Part shown: one piece after another, positions 11,001 to 23,147 of the stretch
Layout of the letters: every line of letters begins with the position of its first letter
Numbering within the stretch: the stretch's first letter is position 1
NCBI GenBank assembly: GCA_977862235.1
Contig: OZ374557.1
Coordinates: forward strand, 434,001-498,000
Direction: 5' to 3'
Length of the DNA stretch: 64,000 nucleotides
Source of the DNA: Dudresnaya verticillata
Lineage: Eukaryota
The notes under the pieces: generated by a model
What the model saw: the letters and a program-made list of their open reading frames with translations, nothing else
What the model was told of the DNA's origin: nothing
The model's database searches: none
Program-made: the position numbers and the translations under genes

Positions 11001-12493
11001 CGTAGACCTACCCGCCGATTACCGTATCCAAGATCCTCGAGGGACAGCGTATTGATTCGTTCTGCCAAACGGTTCAAGCACGAAAATCGAAAACGAAGGA
11101 TATTCTCTTTCACGAAGATGGAGACGGTCTCCTGCGACGAACGCATCCGACAATTCCGAAGTTAACGCAAATCGTATTGCCCGAAACGCTCCGACCCCGG
11201 CTACTTACGCTAGCGCACCATTCGTTACTCGCTGGCCACCCGGGGCAGAATCTCATGTTCTACTCACTTCTTGAAACGTATTACTGGCCTTACATGGCTG
11301 CCGATATCGCATCTACGGTCCGAAGTTGCAAGCACTGCGCACGAAATCGGATTCTCTTACGAAGGAACCTTCATCGCTTGAAGCTCTTCCTAGCTACGCG
11401 CCCACTCGAATCGGTCGCGATTGACATCTTAGGCCCGTTGCCACGTACGAAATCTGGACGCAAGTTCATCTTCGTGATTACGGATCGCTTTGCGAAGTTG
11501 ACCCAGGTGGCCACACTACGAGTAATCACCGCGTATCACGTGGCCGTTGCCTTTTGCGAAGTTTGGATATTCAAGTACGGACCGCCCGCCTCGGTGCTCT
11601 CGGATAACGGGAAACAGTTTACTTCGAAGTTCTTTCAGGGCGTCTGTCGCTTACTCGGGTTATCGAACGTGTTCACCTCCGCATATCATCCGCAAACAAA
11701 TGGACAAACCGAACAATATAACCGGACTATCCTCGCGATGCTTCGTAACTACGTGAACGGCAACCAAAACGATTGGGACCGCTACGTCTCCGCGTTAACG
11801 GATTCGTACAATTGCCACGTTCATCGGTCTACGAAGACAACTCCGTTCAATCTCGTTTTATCGCGCCCGCCGCCCGAATTCACCGTCAAGCATCGCTCCC
11901 GTAAGCACCGACCGAAACCCACGGAGGACATTCGAAACGATTTCATTAAGCGACTCGATGTCGCAATCGCCTCCGCAAGAACTTCGTTACAACGTGTGCA
12001 AAACCGATACAAGCGCGACTTCGACAAACGCATCCGACGCACGAAGAGTCGCGTCAAACGCGGAGACTACGTGTTCCTCGATACCCACGATGGGAAAACG
12101 AAACTTCCGAAGTTTAAATCCCCCGCGGAGGGGCCATACAAAGTGCTCTTCAACGATACGCGTACACTTGTAATCGACCGCAAGGGCCTCGTTGAACGCG
12201 TCTCCGCGGACCGCTGCATCTACGTGCCACCACCTACGAATTCGCGACCGTCGATTACGCGACCCGAAGACATTGCGGAAAAGGTCAACGAAGGCCCCGA
12301 GTACGTTGTCGATCGTATCATCGATCATTCGACAGACGCAGACGGGAAAATCGTGTTTCGTATCAAGTGGGACGGCTACGCAACGCCTACGTGGGAACCT
12401 CGTACGCACGTGCCCGAAGAACTCGTTTCGCGCTACTTCGCAAGGCTTCGAAGCCAAGCGGACCCGCGTGATCCCGTGCTAGTTGCGCACTAA
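8033..12493 (+). pseudogene. pol: Pol of element A (PR, RT, RNase H, integrase, GPY/F, chromodomain)
   Basis: VDTCSG; LDCNSGYWQ; YLDD; YSATERECYAV; TDH; HHCC and D-D-E (IDILG, SDNG, TEQYN); EGPYKV; YVVDRII...KWDGY...TWEP. Stop at 10085-10087, frameshifts near 10497 and 11015. Confidence 0.96.
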
Positions 12494-13230
12494 TGGCTCT
12501 ACGACTGGGACCCTGAGTGGTTCCGTAGCCCCGACTTCGTGATCCGCAACCCGCAGCCCGAATAAAGCCTACGCCCACTCGAGTTGCGCGGCACCCGAAG
12601 CTCATTAACCGAATGGCCCCGGCGCCCCACTACGTTCTTGCATCACGTGCTGACTGCGCAAGTGCTCATTTCGATTACCCCGGAGCATACGTTTGCATTA
12701 TACCGCTACGAGTCTCTCGTGCCCCAACTTCGTGATACTCGTCTCCGTATTCCGCGACGCGCCTTCGTCGCACACGACCACAGCCCCGACACACACGGAT
12801 GCCTCGGAGCAGACGACCGCCACCCCGCAGATGACGCTGCCGCAGCTGCGCAATTTCGATGGAACGCGACGCACGCCAACGCAGCCCTCGGCGGCATCAC
12901 GAAGCCCTCTCCGCATCACCGTGTCCGCGCGCGATCACCGATTCGTTCGTCACGATGCCCACACAAAGTCGCGTCTCACGCAGTCGGAAGCGTTCCGCGG
13001 CATCGTAGTGGGCGCGCCCACCGCTGCTATGATGGACCCACACTGTGTCCCACGAGCTTCGTGATATTCGACACTGACTCATCCGCGCACACGGTTGCAC
13101 CGCGGCACTCGCATTACAGGAGCTGACACCGCGACGGACGGACACGGTGAACTATACGTAACTTGTCATACGCGCCTGACGTCATACTTCGAGGCCGATG
13201 CCACCCGCAACACGCACTTCCACGCGAACG
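12494..13230 (+). pseudogene. In-frame extension of A pol beyond the chromodomain, unknown domain
   Basis: The pol frame continues past TAA as WLYDWDPEWFRSPDF...*SLRPLELRGTRSS... (12584-13126 is the same frame as 11177-12493). Confidence 0.5.
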
Positions 13231-15260
13231 ACCGGACAGAGGAGGAAGAGCGGCGAAGTGAGCTCGCAGACGCTCCATTTGTTCAACCGGACCCGGAATC
13301 TGCAACCAATTGGACTCATAGTCCACTATGACCTTCTCCACCCCTTCTGCCAGACTATGTATGTTGAGATGACGCATGTTCCAATGGTAAGCTAACCTGA
13401 TGGCTGAATCACGTCGGTTGAAGACGTCTCGGATAACGTGGTCTGCTATTGAAAATCCCATAGCCGAAGGAGCATGAGGGCCCTGGAACTGCCCGTCAAC
13501 AGTCTCGTCGAAGACGGGAACTTGCTCGGGTCTCAGGACCCGGTTCCCGCCAACGGAAACAAACCCACTCGGCTGTAACCCCGGTCATACAAGTGCCCCC
13601 ATCAAGGATAATTGGCTTCACCTCGGATGGCTCCGGCTGTATGAGATACTCCGGTAGCATCGGATGCCACTTCTGCAGTTCAGAATCAACCTAATCACCA
13701 CTGTTGTAAACGGGCATCAGATGACCAGTGTTGTCTGGTAGATGTCGGTTGCGCTTGGTAATTTCAATCCAGCGAATACGCTCGATGAAGATGAGCAGGG
13801 CTTCTAAATCCTTTTCGTCGTCTGCATCAGCAGCTAAGTCCTTGAGGCCTAACGCCCAAATTGCTGCCCGTAATGCTTGACCCATGAAGTATAGCATACC
13901 ACGACGTGCCTCATACATCAGCGTCTGAGTAATGAGAACGACTCACTCATGGCGGAAAATGCCCGAAAGAACGCTATCGCTCCAAAGCGCGCTATCATCC
14001 ATGGCTTTACCCATCATATCTAGGCCGAGATATGTGAGGATAGTCGGTGTCCCGACCGCCATGGAGTATGAGACCTCGACGTTGTTGTGGTCGTCCGGTA
14101 TCTGGGGATACTTAGCATTATACCACTCCGGCTTGATAGCCGTCACTTCCTGTCAATGACACGGTATGAAGAAAACAATCTTGTGCCTCTGTCACCGCTC
14201 GAAGCGAGCGTGTTCCAACGACATAGCCGTCTGCGGGTTATCCAACGCATATTTCAAGTTGGATGAATCGTCCCACCGCACAACGCGGGCCAGTGTATAC
14301 CGGAAGTTATCCCTGCCTTGCAGAATGCGTTCCCGCCCATGTATCACCAAACGTCGGTCCCACTCTCCACTCTGGTGGATCCCATGAAACATCAAGGCGC
14401 GGTATTGGTGCCGGTCAAGATACCCACGCGTGTACGCATGAGACGGTTCCAAACACGGCTCTGAGCCCTCCAACCACCGATGCGACGCACCTTCTCACGA
14501 CTAGCCCCCGCACGCACCTTTAAGTGTGCCAGGTCGGTACGCAGGAACCCGTCGCCGCTATGCAAGATAAGCAACGGCACACCGGCCCCTAGGGCCGGTG
14601 CGCCTGCAAAGGGGCATTCGTTCCCGGGCAGGACCACCTAAAACAAAAATAGACATGAATCACACCGGCCGCGTCCATCGCATGTCCAAAGACATTTGCG
14701 CTCGAGCCTGCCACCCCATACGCCAAGTGCGGCGGGACCATCTCGATAGGGCGCGGTGATATGTCAACGTCTTCCCAGCCGTCCTTTCAGCAGATCTTCT
14801 AAGGCTCGGAGACCTTCCTAGCGTTGAATGTTGGGTCCAGAAATGGCCCTGAGGGCCAGTGAGCGCGACCTGAGAAACCTGCTCCGGCGCGGAGGCCGTT
14901 TTTCAGCCTGAAAGTCGGCTCCAATGCTAAGTCCAAAGACTGACCAGCGCGACCTGAGCAAACGGCTGTGAGCCGGGAAGATCGGAGTGCATGCGACGGG
15001 AGTCGTCGCACTCGAGGCCAGTCGGCGGTGAGCAACAATGCGCAACTGAAAGGGGCGCGAGGGCGTTTTAGTAGGTAAACGCCGAGGCGCGCCACGCAAA
15101 CGCCGATGAAGATGTTTGACGCCACGAGGCGCGGAGGATGAAGTCGCCCAAAGCACACAGGGGGAAGGAGGAGTGAAGTCGGTTGCGGTTTGCGACGGTG
15201 GGTGGGTGTGAGCACGGTGGGCGGCGAGACGGCTGAGAGCCGTCGTTGAAATAGACCCAC
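13231..15260 (-). pseudogene. Degenerate antisense accessory ORF of element C
   Basis: 14473-14192, 14146-13943 and 13918-13691 are one frame separated by stops. Shares KPxW, TPxxLxYxG and LxxxIxxLG blocks with the antisense ORF of B. Confidence 0.75.
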
Positions 15261-15478
15261 GCCCGTCTGGCGCTTAGCGCACTCGATACCGGTCTTGCCG
15301 CCGATGACGGCTCGAGCCGCGTTGACTTGGCCTCGCCGTTGAGACGGTCGAAGGGAGGCGTTTTCTCACGCGTGGCTATTGCGCCAGTGAACGGACCGAG
15401 ATTTCAAATTTCAACGCCCACAGGATTTGGAAACAGCATCGCTGTACAGCTCTCTACTGAGCGCAGTCGCTCAGTTTT

Positions 15479-15488
15479 AGGAAGGAAG
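15479..15488 (+). promoter_or_regulatory. Polypurine tract of element C
   Basis: AGGAAGGAAG, 3 nt before TGTGATAC. Confidence 0.6.
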
Positions 15489-15491
15489 CCG

Positions 15492-15907
15492 TGTGATACA
15501 ACGAGCGCTGGGACGCTATAAGGATCCAAGTTCACACGCAATGCCTGTAAACCGTGGAATAAAAAATGATATGGCCACACGCCATCGGGTGATTGACTAC
15601 GTGAGCGCTGTACGTGCTCAGTGGCTGTCTTGCGCCATCATTTCGCGGCTATTTTGGGCACGGCGTCTTACAGTGAGTCCGCACGCACGGAATCGGTACA
15701 CCCGCTCATCCCTATTCCTAATCCGTATTTCATCTGTTAGTCTACAGTACTAGTTCACTGTTAGTATTATAGCTCTAACTGAGAGGGTAGTATCTTTCCG
15801 GATCCCGCCGTATTTATTAGGCCCCTGAGTACCAGAGGCCCCGCATTAAACGGGCAGCGGTGTTTCCCTTGGGGTTTTCCCCTTTCTTGGACTCTCACGG
15901 TATCACC
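15492..15907 (+). repeat. Putative 3' LTR of element C
   Basis: TGTGATAC...GTATCACC terminal inverted repeat (7/8) following a PPT. No partner LTR. Confidence 0.55.
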
Positions 15908-16224
15908 GCTACAGATCCCCCTTTAGGTGTTTACAAGCCGTGCTACCCACGAAGAATGCTCTAAGCAGTACAGTTCGCCTTTCCTTTTCACCTCTTGATC
16001 AGGGCTCGCAGCCCTTTCAACTCTCTACCCCGCCCTTTAGGATCTACCAACCACGCGAGTGGAACTGGCTTCAGGACAGCTGTCGCGCTGTTTTGCCGTC
16101 TTTGTTCTGGCTTGGAACCATTCTACTACACAGCAGTCGCATTCCGTGCCGCACACGACGCGCCCCAGTGACGCTCTCCGGTATCGAGCCGTTGAGCAGT
16201 CACTGCCGGTTACGACCTGCCCGC
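15908..16224 (+). mobile_element. 5' part of putative LTR D (target of B)
   Basis: Joined to 26097 onward by the CCCGC TSD once B is removed. Confidence 0.45.
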
Positions 16225-16745
16225 TGTAATACAGTGAAGGGCTTACAGAAGTAGGCCCTCTGCCCTCGTGTATGCGCTGAAATAGCGTTACCTATAGGGC
16301 GCCAACAGGGACAAGACGGGTAGTCTATGATTGGTCCAAGTCTCACCCGGTAGGTCAGTAGCTTAGTATATGTCTATTTATTTTAGAAATTACAGCTTAG
16401 GATAGGGGGCGTGTATATTGCCCAGTATGAGGGGTGCTGCCTGGCAGTCGGAGTACCATATATGAGGGTATCTCCCGTAGCGGTCACTGTACAGTAAAGG
16501 TAAGCACCTTCCGGCCCCGACTACGTCTCCAAGCTATCAGTACCGCAGCACACCTGTCACCCGTGCCCGGTTAACCGCCCGCCCATTGAACTACCTTCAG
16601 TATCGTGCTTCCAATCAATTTACGTGCCCTCGTCTACCCTTTGGGTTCCTCCCACTCTACCACCGCTACCAGGTACCCGCTCTATGGTTTTCTCATTGAG
16701 TGCACTCTTTGAGTTCCCAAGAGACCTAAAAGGTACTTCCTTACA
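16225..16745 (+). repeat. 5' LTR of B (TG...CA)
   Basis: Direct repeat of 25573-26091; about 24 substitutions and one 2-bp indel by manual count. Confidence 0.97.
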
Positions 16746-16747
16746 TC

Positions 16748-16765
16748 TGGTCTCCCGACCTAGAA
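16748..16765 (+). promoter_or_regulatory. Primer-binding site of B, tRNA-Tyr type
   Basis: TGGTCTCCCGACCTAGAA, 2 nt after the LTR. Confidence 0.9.
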
Positions 16766-16948
16766 CTATCAAGGTTGGTGAGCCGTTAAGAGGACGACGA
16801 ATATCGTAATCCAATTGGATATTGAAGAAAACCAACCCACCAAGGCCCCTGTTACTCCAAGATATCAACTCCCACTCAAAGTAGTTCCCGTCGTGGTCAG
16901 AAGGCAGAGCAGACCCCACTGGTCCCCCCAGTTGAGGACGCGGAGTCT

Positions 16949-18883
16949 TTGCTCCACCCTCCGAGGACTCCTGGAGTAGAACAAGTGGAACCGCCTGGTC
17001 AAGCATCCGCAAATCCCGTAACAGGTAAACCCTCAGCAGGTCCTTCGAAAGAAGTCGCAAGGCAGCCCCCGCTACATTCCAACCGTAACCATTGGGTCAA
17101 TACTGATCTGATGCCCCGTCCGATAACCTGGCTACATGACGAGTTGACCCTTCGGTTACCTCAAACGGTTGAACCACTAGTGGGACACTTTCTAGAAGAA
17201 GAAGGTCCAAGGACACTCTCAGAGTTTGCCGCCACGGCTACTGACAAATTAGTCCAGTCATAGACCACCCAGCCGGACAGTAGTCCAATCTATGGGATGC
17301 TTACCGAAATGGTTCCCCCGTTGGTTGCTCAGTCTCTCGAGGCTTTTGGGCAAGCAGCGGACTCTTCAACTGGACCAAAAGCTATACCCACAGGGGAAAC
17401 CAAAGTGGAAAATAAGGAGAATGATGTCGTCTCTCCTGGCATCGTTCTACCAACCGAAACTGGTGATACAAATAAGAAACCCGAAGGGGGTTTGTCGGAC
17501 TCCAAAGGTAGTAAGAGTAACCGACATGTATCTCCGCCCAAGAAGTCTAAAAAGAAGAAGAAGGACAAACAAAAGAAAAATAAGAAGAAACATTACTCAT
17601 CTGAGTCTGACTCATCGTCAGCTACCTCAGATGGTTCAAGTTCGGATGATTCTTCCAATGATGACCGACGGCGTCGTCGCCCATCGTCTAAAACTACAAC
17701 GGTCAGGAGGATTAAACACCTCAATGACCTATTTACCCGAGTGGTTAGCTTTACCGATTGGATAACCGCTCAAGGCTTTACTCCTCGAGAATCTCTCGGA
17801 AAGTAAATACATACTATAAGAGGATGGCTATTCAGATGCCACCTCTCGTTTCTCGGGGGTAGACCCGATTAACATTTTGGGTTTCCTTGCAAGGTTCAAG
17901 GATGCCTGTAATCACAATGATGTTCACGAAGGAGCAGCCGTTTGGTTATTACAATACTTTATGACAGGAACCGCCAGAGACAACCTTCAGGCGAGGTTAC
18001 AGACAAGAACCAGTATGGTCGTGGACTGCGAAGATGAGGGGGATTTGTTAACAACGTACCCCGAAGTGGTTAATTACCTTTTGGAAACCTATGCCACCGA
18101 TGAGGTTATTGCGCAAGTCTATTCTGACGTGATCTCGTTGCGACAAGCCGAAGGAAAAACGGAATGGGACTTCGCAGAGTTAGTGAGAGCCAGAGATCGC
18201 CGATGCGGGTCGGTGTTGACAGAACACCACCTCAAGGTGATCTTCGTTGATGGGCTCCTCCCGAGTATCCGTGCTCCGGTTCGTAACCGGTTGGCTTCTT
18301 CAAAGCGTTTGTCCTATACTCAGATTACACAATATGCACAAGACCTTGGGGAAGCTCATAGGAGTACACGTGGGCGACAAACCTAAAGGGAAAAAGGGGA
18401 GTAATCCCCGTCGCCGCGGTTAGCTTCGGGAAACCACCGTCTCACTCCTTGAGTACGTCGACTGCTACCTCCGAGGGTTTACCAGGAATGGAAGACATTA
18501 ATGAGGAGGAGGTTTTCCAACTCGGTGAACACTTATCCAAACAGTCTATGGCTCCACCGTCTTCAATAACCACAGTGGGGTCCCGAGATGGTGCGCCGAT
18601 ACGAGCATGCTGGATCTGTGCTAATCCGGACCATATGGCACATGAATGCCCATTGGTAACCCCCGCTGTTCGCGCTGGCATAATTGCTTCCAGAAGGCAG
18701 AACCTCTATGGGTTAGCCCAAGCCCGAGCCCTGCAAGGTAACCGACAAGGTAACCCCGGGGCCTCCTTCTCAACAGGTCATCCGGGCCCTACCCAGGCTA
18801 GACGCACGGGATCACCCTCAGTGGAGCCCTCAAAGGCAGTTCAAGGAGTTACCATTGCGGAAAACGTGGAGGAGGAGGCATAA
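16949..18883 (+). pseudogene. gag: Gag of element B, fragmented
   Basis: Lys/Ser-rich N-terminal part, capsid-like 17877-18386 (FVDGL), knuckle CWICANPDHMAHEC. True start uncertain. Confidence 0.85.
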
Positions 18884-18900
18884 CGACGCATGCCCCCTCC
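18859..18900 (+). promoter_or_regulatory. Candidate -1 frameshift signal of B: G_GAA_AAC, 5-nt spacer, stem-loop
   Basis: GGAGGAGGCAT (18871-18881) pairs with ATGCCCCCTCC (18890-18900). The -1 frame is open into 18907. Confidence 0.8.
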
Positions 18901-21900
18901 CCAAATATGCGCCTTCCAGAACCTGTGTTGCGACCCGACACTACGGATAACCCGGACGGTGATGACTATAATGAATTATGTTTACTTAAGAAGCAAAAAT
19001 ACAAAGTGGATCTATCGTTAGGGGTCTGGTCATCTCAGATGATATCCGCAAGGGGCGTGATCGATTCTGGCGCCGGACCCAATCTGGTTCATGTTAAAAT
19101 GTTACCTAATGGTTGGGAAACGCGAGCCAAACCCTATAAGGAAACCACACATAACATCTTCGACGCTTCTAATAATCGAATATTACCTCTAGGAGTCATC
19201 CCCTTATATATCCGTGTCGGCAATCTCTACACGAAGACCCATTTTCTGCTTGTTGCTAATATGCCTGCCGAAGTTATACTCGGTACAGCCTTCATCGATC
19301 GACATATCACAGCCATCATGCCTGGACCCCGAAGGTTACTCTTGAAGGATGCTCCAGCAGTACCTAACATCGGTGTTTCCATGGGAGGAAGCACGGTTAC
19401 CAACGATAAACAACCAACGGTTTCTACCGAAGTGAGATTGGCCAAAGACTGCGTCATACCTCCAAGGTCACGCTCGTTTGTGCCGGAAAGAACAAGCGCA
19501 GCTGGATTATACCTGGTTCATAATACCTCACGGTCACTACACAAGTCGTTAACCATAATGGCAAACGGTATCAGGGATATCCTTCCGATGGGAAGGTTTG
19601 CTGTACTAATGACCAATTTTGGTGATCGCCCTGCTCGACTGAAAAAACTCAAGTAATAGGCCATGCGTTGCCAAGACCTGATCAGGTTTTGAGTATTGGT
19701 ACTCTACAAGAGAATAACCAGTCGGATACCCAGGAGGTGAAATCAAAAGCGGAACCCAGTTGGGAAGACACTGTCCATATAGGTGTCGAAGACAGTACTT
19801 CCCGATCCCAAATTACGGAATTGCTTCAAGAGTATCAAGAAATGTGGTCAGGCCAACTGGGTACCATTAAGGCCACTCAGCACACGATTGAGTTGATGGA
19901 AGGGGAGAAACCCATCTATCAACACCCTTATAGGGCCGGCCCTAAAGCTCGAGAAGCTGAAAAGACGGAAGTACAACGAACGTTACGAGAAGGCGTTATT
20001 GAACCCCCGGGGCCAGAATGGCCCAGCCTTGTGGTCCTTGTGTCGAAACCTGATGGGTCTTTGCGCTTTAGCGTCGACTATTGCTGGCTGAATAGTATTA
20101 CTCGGAGAGATTTATTTCCGTTACCTCGAATGGACGAATGTATTGACTCACCGGGAGATGCTAAGGTATTCACGACGCTCGACTGTAATAGTGGTTATTG
20201 GCAAGTGGAAGTCGATCCCGACGATCGCGATAAAACGACGTTCACCTGCCACGAAGGGTTATACCGTTTTATCAGGATGCTATTTGGTCTCAAGAATGCG
20301 CCCGCCATATTCCAACGAGCAGTCGACATTATAATGTCCCGGTGCAAGTGGCAATACGCTTTGGTTTATCTCGATGACGTTATCGTTTGCTCTCGGAGTA
20401 TCCAGAACCACTTCCACCATTTACGTACTGTACTCGATCTACTCCGAACCGCTGGGGTTTCCCTTAAGTTGTCTAAGTGCAAGTTCTTCGAAGCTTCCGT
20501 CGATTACCTCTGACATGTAATACGTCCCGGAAAGCTTGAGGTAGCCTCTCCGAACGTTACCGCCCTACGACAGGCGAAACCTCCCACGGATCAAACCGAG
20601 TTAAGGTCATTTCTTGGGGTATGTAACGTCTATCGACGTTTTGTCCCCAATTATGCACAGATTGCGTCTCCCCTCTCCAGGAAACTTCGAAAAGATCAAC
20701 CCTTCACTTTTGAGTCACTGACCGAAGACTAGTACGACGTCTTTGACGATCTCAGGCGTCGTCTTTTAACCGCACCAATATTGGCTTTACCTCGAAAGGG
20801 ATTCCGTTATTGCGTTGACACAGACGCGTGCGACCTTCAGGTTGGCTGTTGCTTACTTCAAGAAAACAAACAAGGGACAAGCTACCTATTGGTAATTGGA
20901 GTCGCACACTTAATTCCGCAGAGCGTAACTATTTGGCCACCGAACGGGAATGCCTCGCCGTAGTATGGAGTCTTTTAACCCTCAGACCTTACCTCGAAGG
21001 CGACCGCTTTACGGTTAGAACCGACCACGAACCCCTTCAGTGGTTGTTAAAACTCTCGGATGCATCGGGTCACCTTGCCCGTTGGCGCTTAAGACTCTCG
21101 GAGTTCGACTTTCCAGTCACCTACAACCCTGGACGGGAACATCATTTCGCTGACACCATATCACGGCTTTCGACGCCAGGGAGTGACCAAACGCCATTAG
21201 ACGATGACATCCCCTGTTTTACACTCGCGGTTGAAAATAGCGCTCCGGGTCAGCTCAGTTTACCTACCGTCCGTGACTTGGCAAACCAGAAGGGTTTACC
21301 CCGCCAGGTTAGTAGGCAAGAACTCCTCGAGGCACAATCAAAGGATGCGTATTGCCAACAGATGGCTAACCAAGTTGGTATCGCTGGATCCCAATTCCAG
21401 TGGGATCATAACGGTTTTCTAATCCGCCAAGCGACACTCGACGGAGCACTCCAGATCTTGGTGCCAAAGTCCCTGCGTCCCCGCATACTATATTTTGCCC
21501 ACTATCCCCTTCTTTCTGGACACCCTGGTGGTTCAAGAATGTATTACACCCTCCGGCGACAGTCTTATTGGCCATATAGGGCTAATGACGCATATACCGT
21601 AGTGGGTGACTGTACTAAGGGTGTCCAAAACCGGGGTACCTTACGGAGACATCAGAACTACCTTAAGTAGTTTCCAGCCGCTGGCCCACTGGAATTCCTT
21701 GCCATGGACCTCGCGGGTCCTTTTCCCAAAACCGAGCATGGTAACCGTTTCGTCTTGGTTATTACCGATCGGTTTTCTAAGCTCACCCGCGTCATACCTT
21801 TACGGAATACTAATGCCAGCAAGGTTGGACAAGTTTTTCTGGACCACTGGGTCTACCCTTACGATGTTCCGTTATATGTCCTTTCCGATAATGGTCCACA

Positions 21901-22905
21901 GTTCGTGTCAAAATTCTTCGCCACGATCTGTCAAGCCCTGGGGTTACGTCAGTTATTCACAACCGCTTAACACCCCCAGACCAATGGTCAGACCGAACGG
22001 TTCAACAAAACCCTTGACCAGCGGTTGCGTCATTACGTAGCGGATCATCAACGTGACTGGGACAGTTACGTACATCCGCTCACCTACGCGTATAACCTTC
22101 AGGTTCACCACTCTACGGGTACTTCGCCCTTTGATCTCGTCCTATCCCGGCCACCTTCGGTTATACCTCTACAGGGTTCTCCCACAATGGGTCTCACCAA
22201 TCAGTTGGATTCTCAACTCACCGCTGCTTCTGTGAAGTGTTTAACCATTCGGAAACTTGAACAGGCCATTGAAACCGCTAGGGTCACCCTCACGGCTGCC
22301 CAATAACGTTACAAATCGGCCTTCGATACCTCCGTGGCACGGCCCTTTTCCGTTACTGTTGGAGATTGGGTCTATCTCGATTGCCCTAAGTTCACTAAGC
22401 GCCAAGTTGGTGAACGACAGGCTTCTCTCGTCGACCCCGCTGAGGAGCAGAACCTTTCTAGGAAAGGTTTACCCAAAGCGACCGGACCTTTTTTGGTTAC
22501 AGCCGTTCATAACAACCATACGGTCACGATTAAGCCATACGGGCTTTTTAATACCGTTTCGCAAGACCGCATTTCGGTTGATCCTCATCGTGGCCCCCGC
22601 ACCCCCTGGCCGACACTGAGGTCACTCAGGATCCCCCATCGGCGCCTCCGCCGCCTACGGCGTCAACTTACTCGGATTTCAATACCGTTGACCATTTGGT
22701 TAAGCACCGTGTCACCGATAGTGGGTACCAATATAAGGCTCGCTGGTATGGTTACGCCCCCAATGATGATACTTGGGAGCCACCCGCGCACATCCCTCAC
22801 AATTTCGTGTTAGGATACTGGGGCCGGCTTGACCAGACACCACCGCCCGGAGCTGGGGGGTGTAGGCCTCATGGATTTTCGCGGACTCCAAATTATCCAT
22901 CGTGA
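18859..22905 (+). pseudogene. pol: Pol of element B (PR, RT, RNase H, integrase, chromodomain)
   Basis: IDSGAG; LDCNSGYWQ; YLDD; DTDAC; ATERECLAV; HPG; MDLAGPF, SDNG; GPF; KARWYGY...TWEP. Many stops and frameshifts. Confidence 0.96.
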
Positions 22906-23147
22906 AACGTCACTCAGAGAGTTAACGCCACCCAAGCAAAAGGCCTCGCGACGGTGTTATCTCATGGAGTCAAATGGAGCGGCACCAGGTCTCTCTCTCT
23001 TCACCTTTTCTACTTATTTTACGCTACTTACCTACAGTACCACTGTACGCTCACAGAAACCAAGAGCAAGGAGAACTACACAGGGAGATACAACACAAGA
23101 CATAAGATGTTTTATTGGACACTCTTCATATCACCCTTGAGGCTCAT

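Larger units (their letters stand above)
4992..13230 (+). mobile_element. Gypsy LTR retrotransposon A with chromodomain, 3'-truncated, copy 1
   Basis: Putative LTR, PBS, gag, then PR-RT-RH-IN-chromodomain order. No second LTR copy within the unit. The 3' boundary is approximate. Confidence 0.92.

Noticed and set aside
13691..14473. TGA-as-Trp recoding in the C antisense ORF
   Set aside because: TAG stops and frameshifts also interrupt it; decay of TGG codons is simpler.
14638..14665. Minus-strand splice acceptor TTTTTGTTTTAG suggesting a host gene
   Set aside because: The upstream frame reads through (GVIHVYFCF) with one frameshift, the nearby GT donors give a very short intron, and the ORF resembles B's accessory gene.
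17540..17680. A-rich simple repeat
   Set aside because: Encodes the Lys/Ser-rich low-complexity part of B gag.
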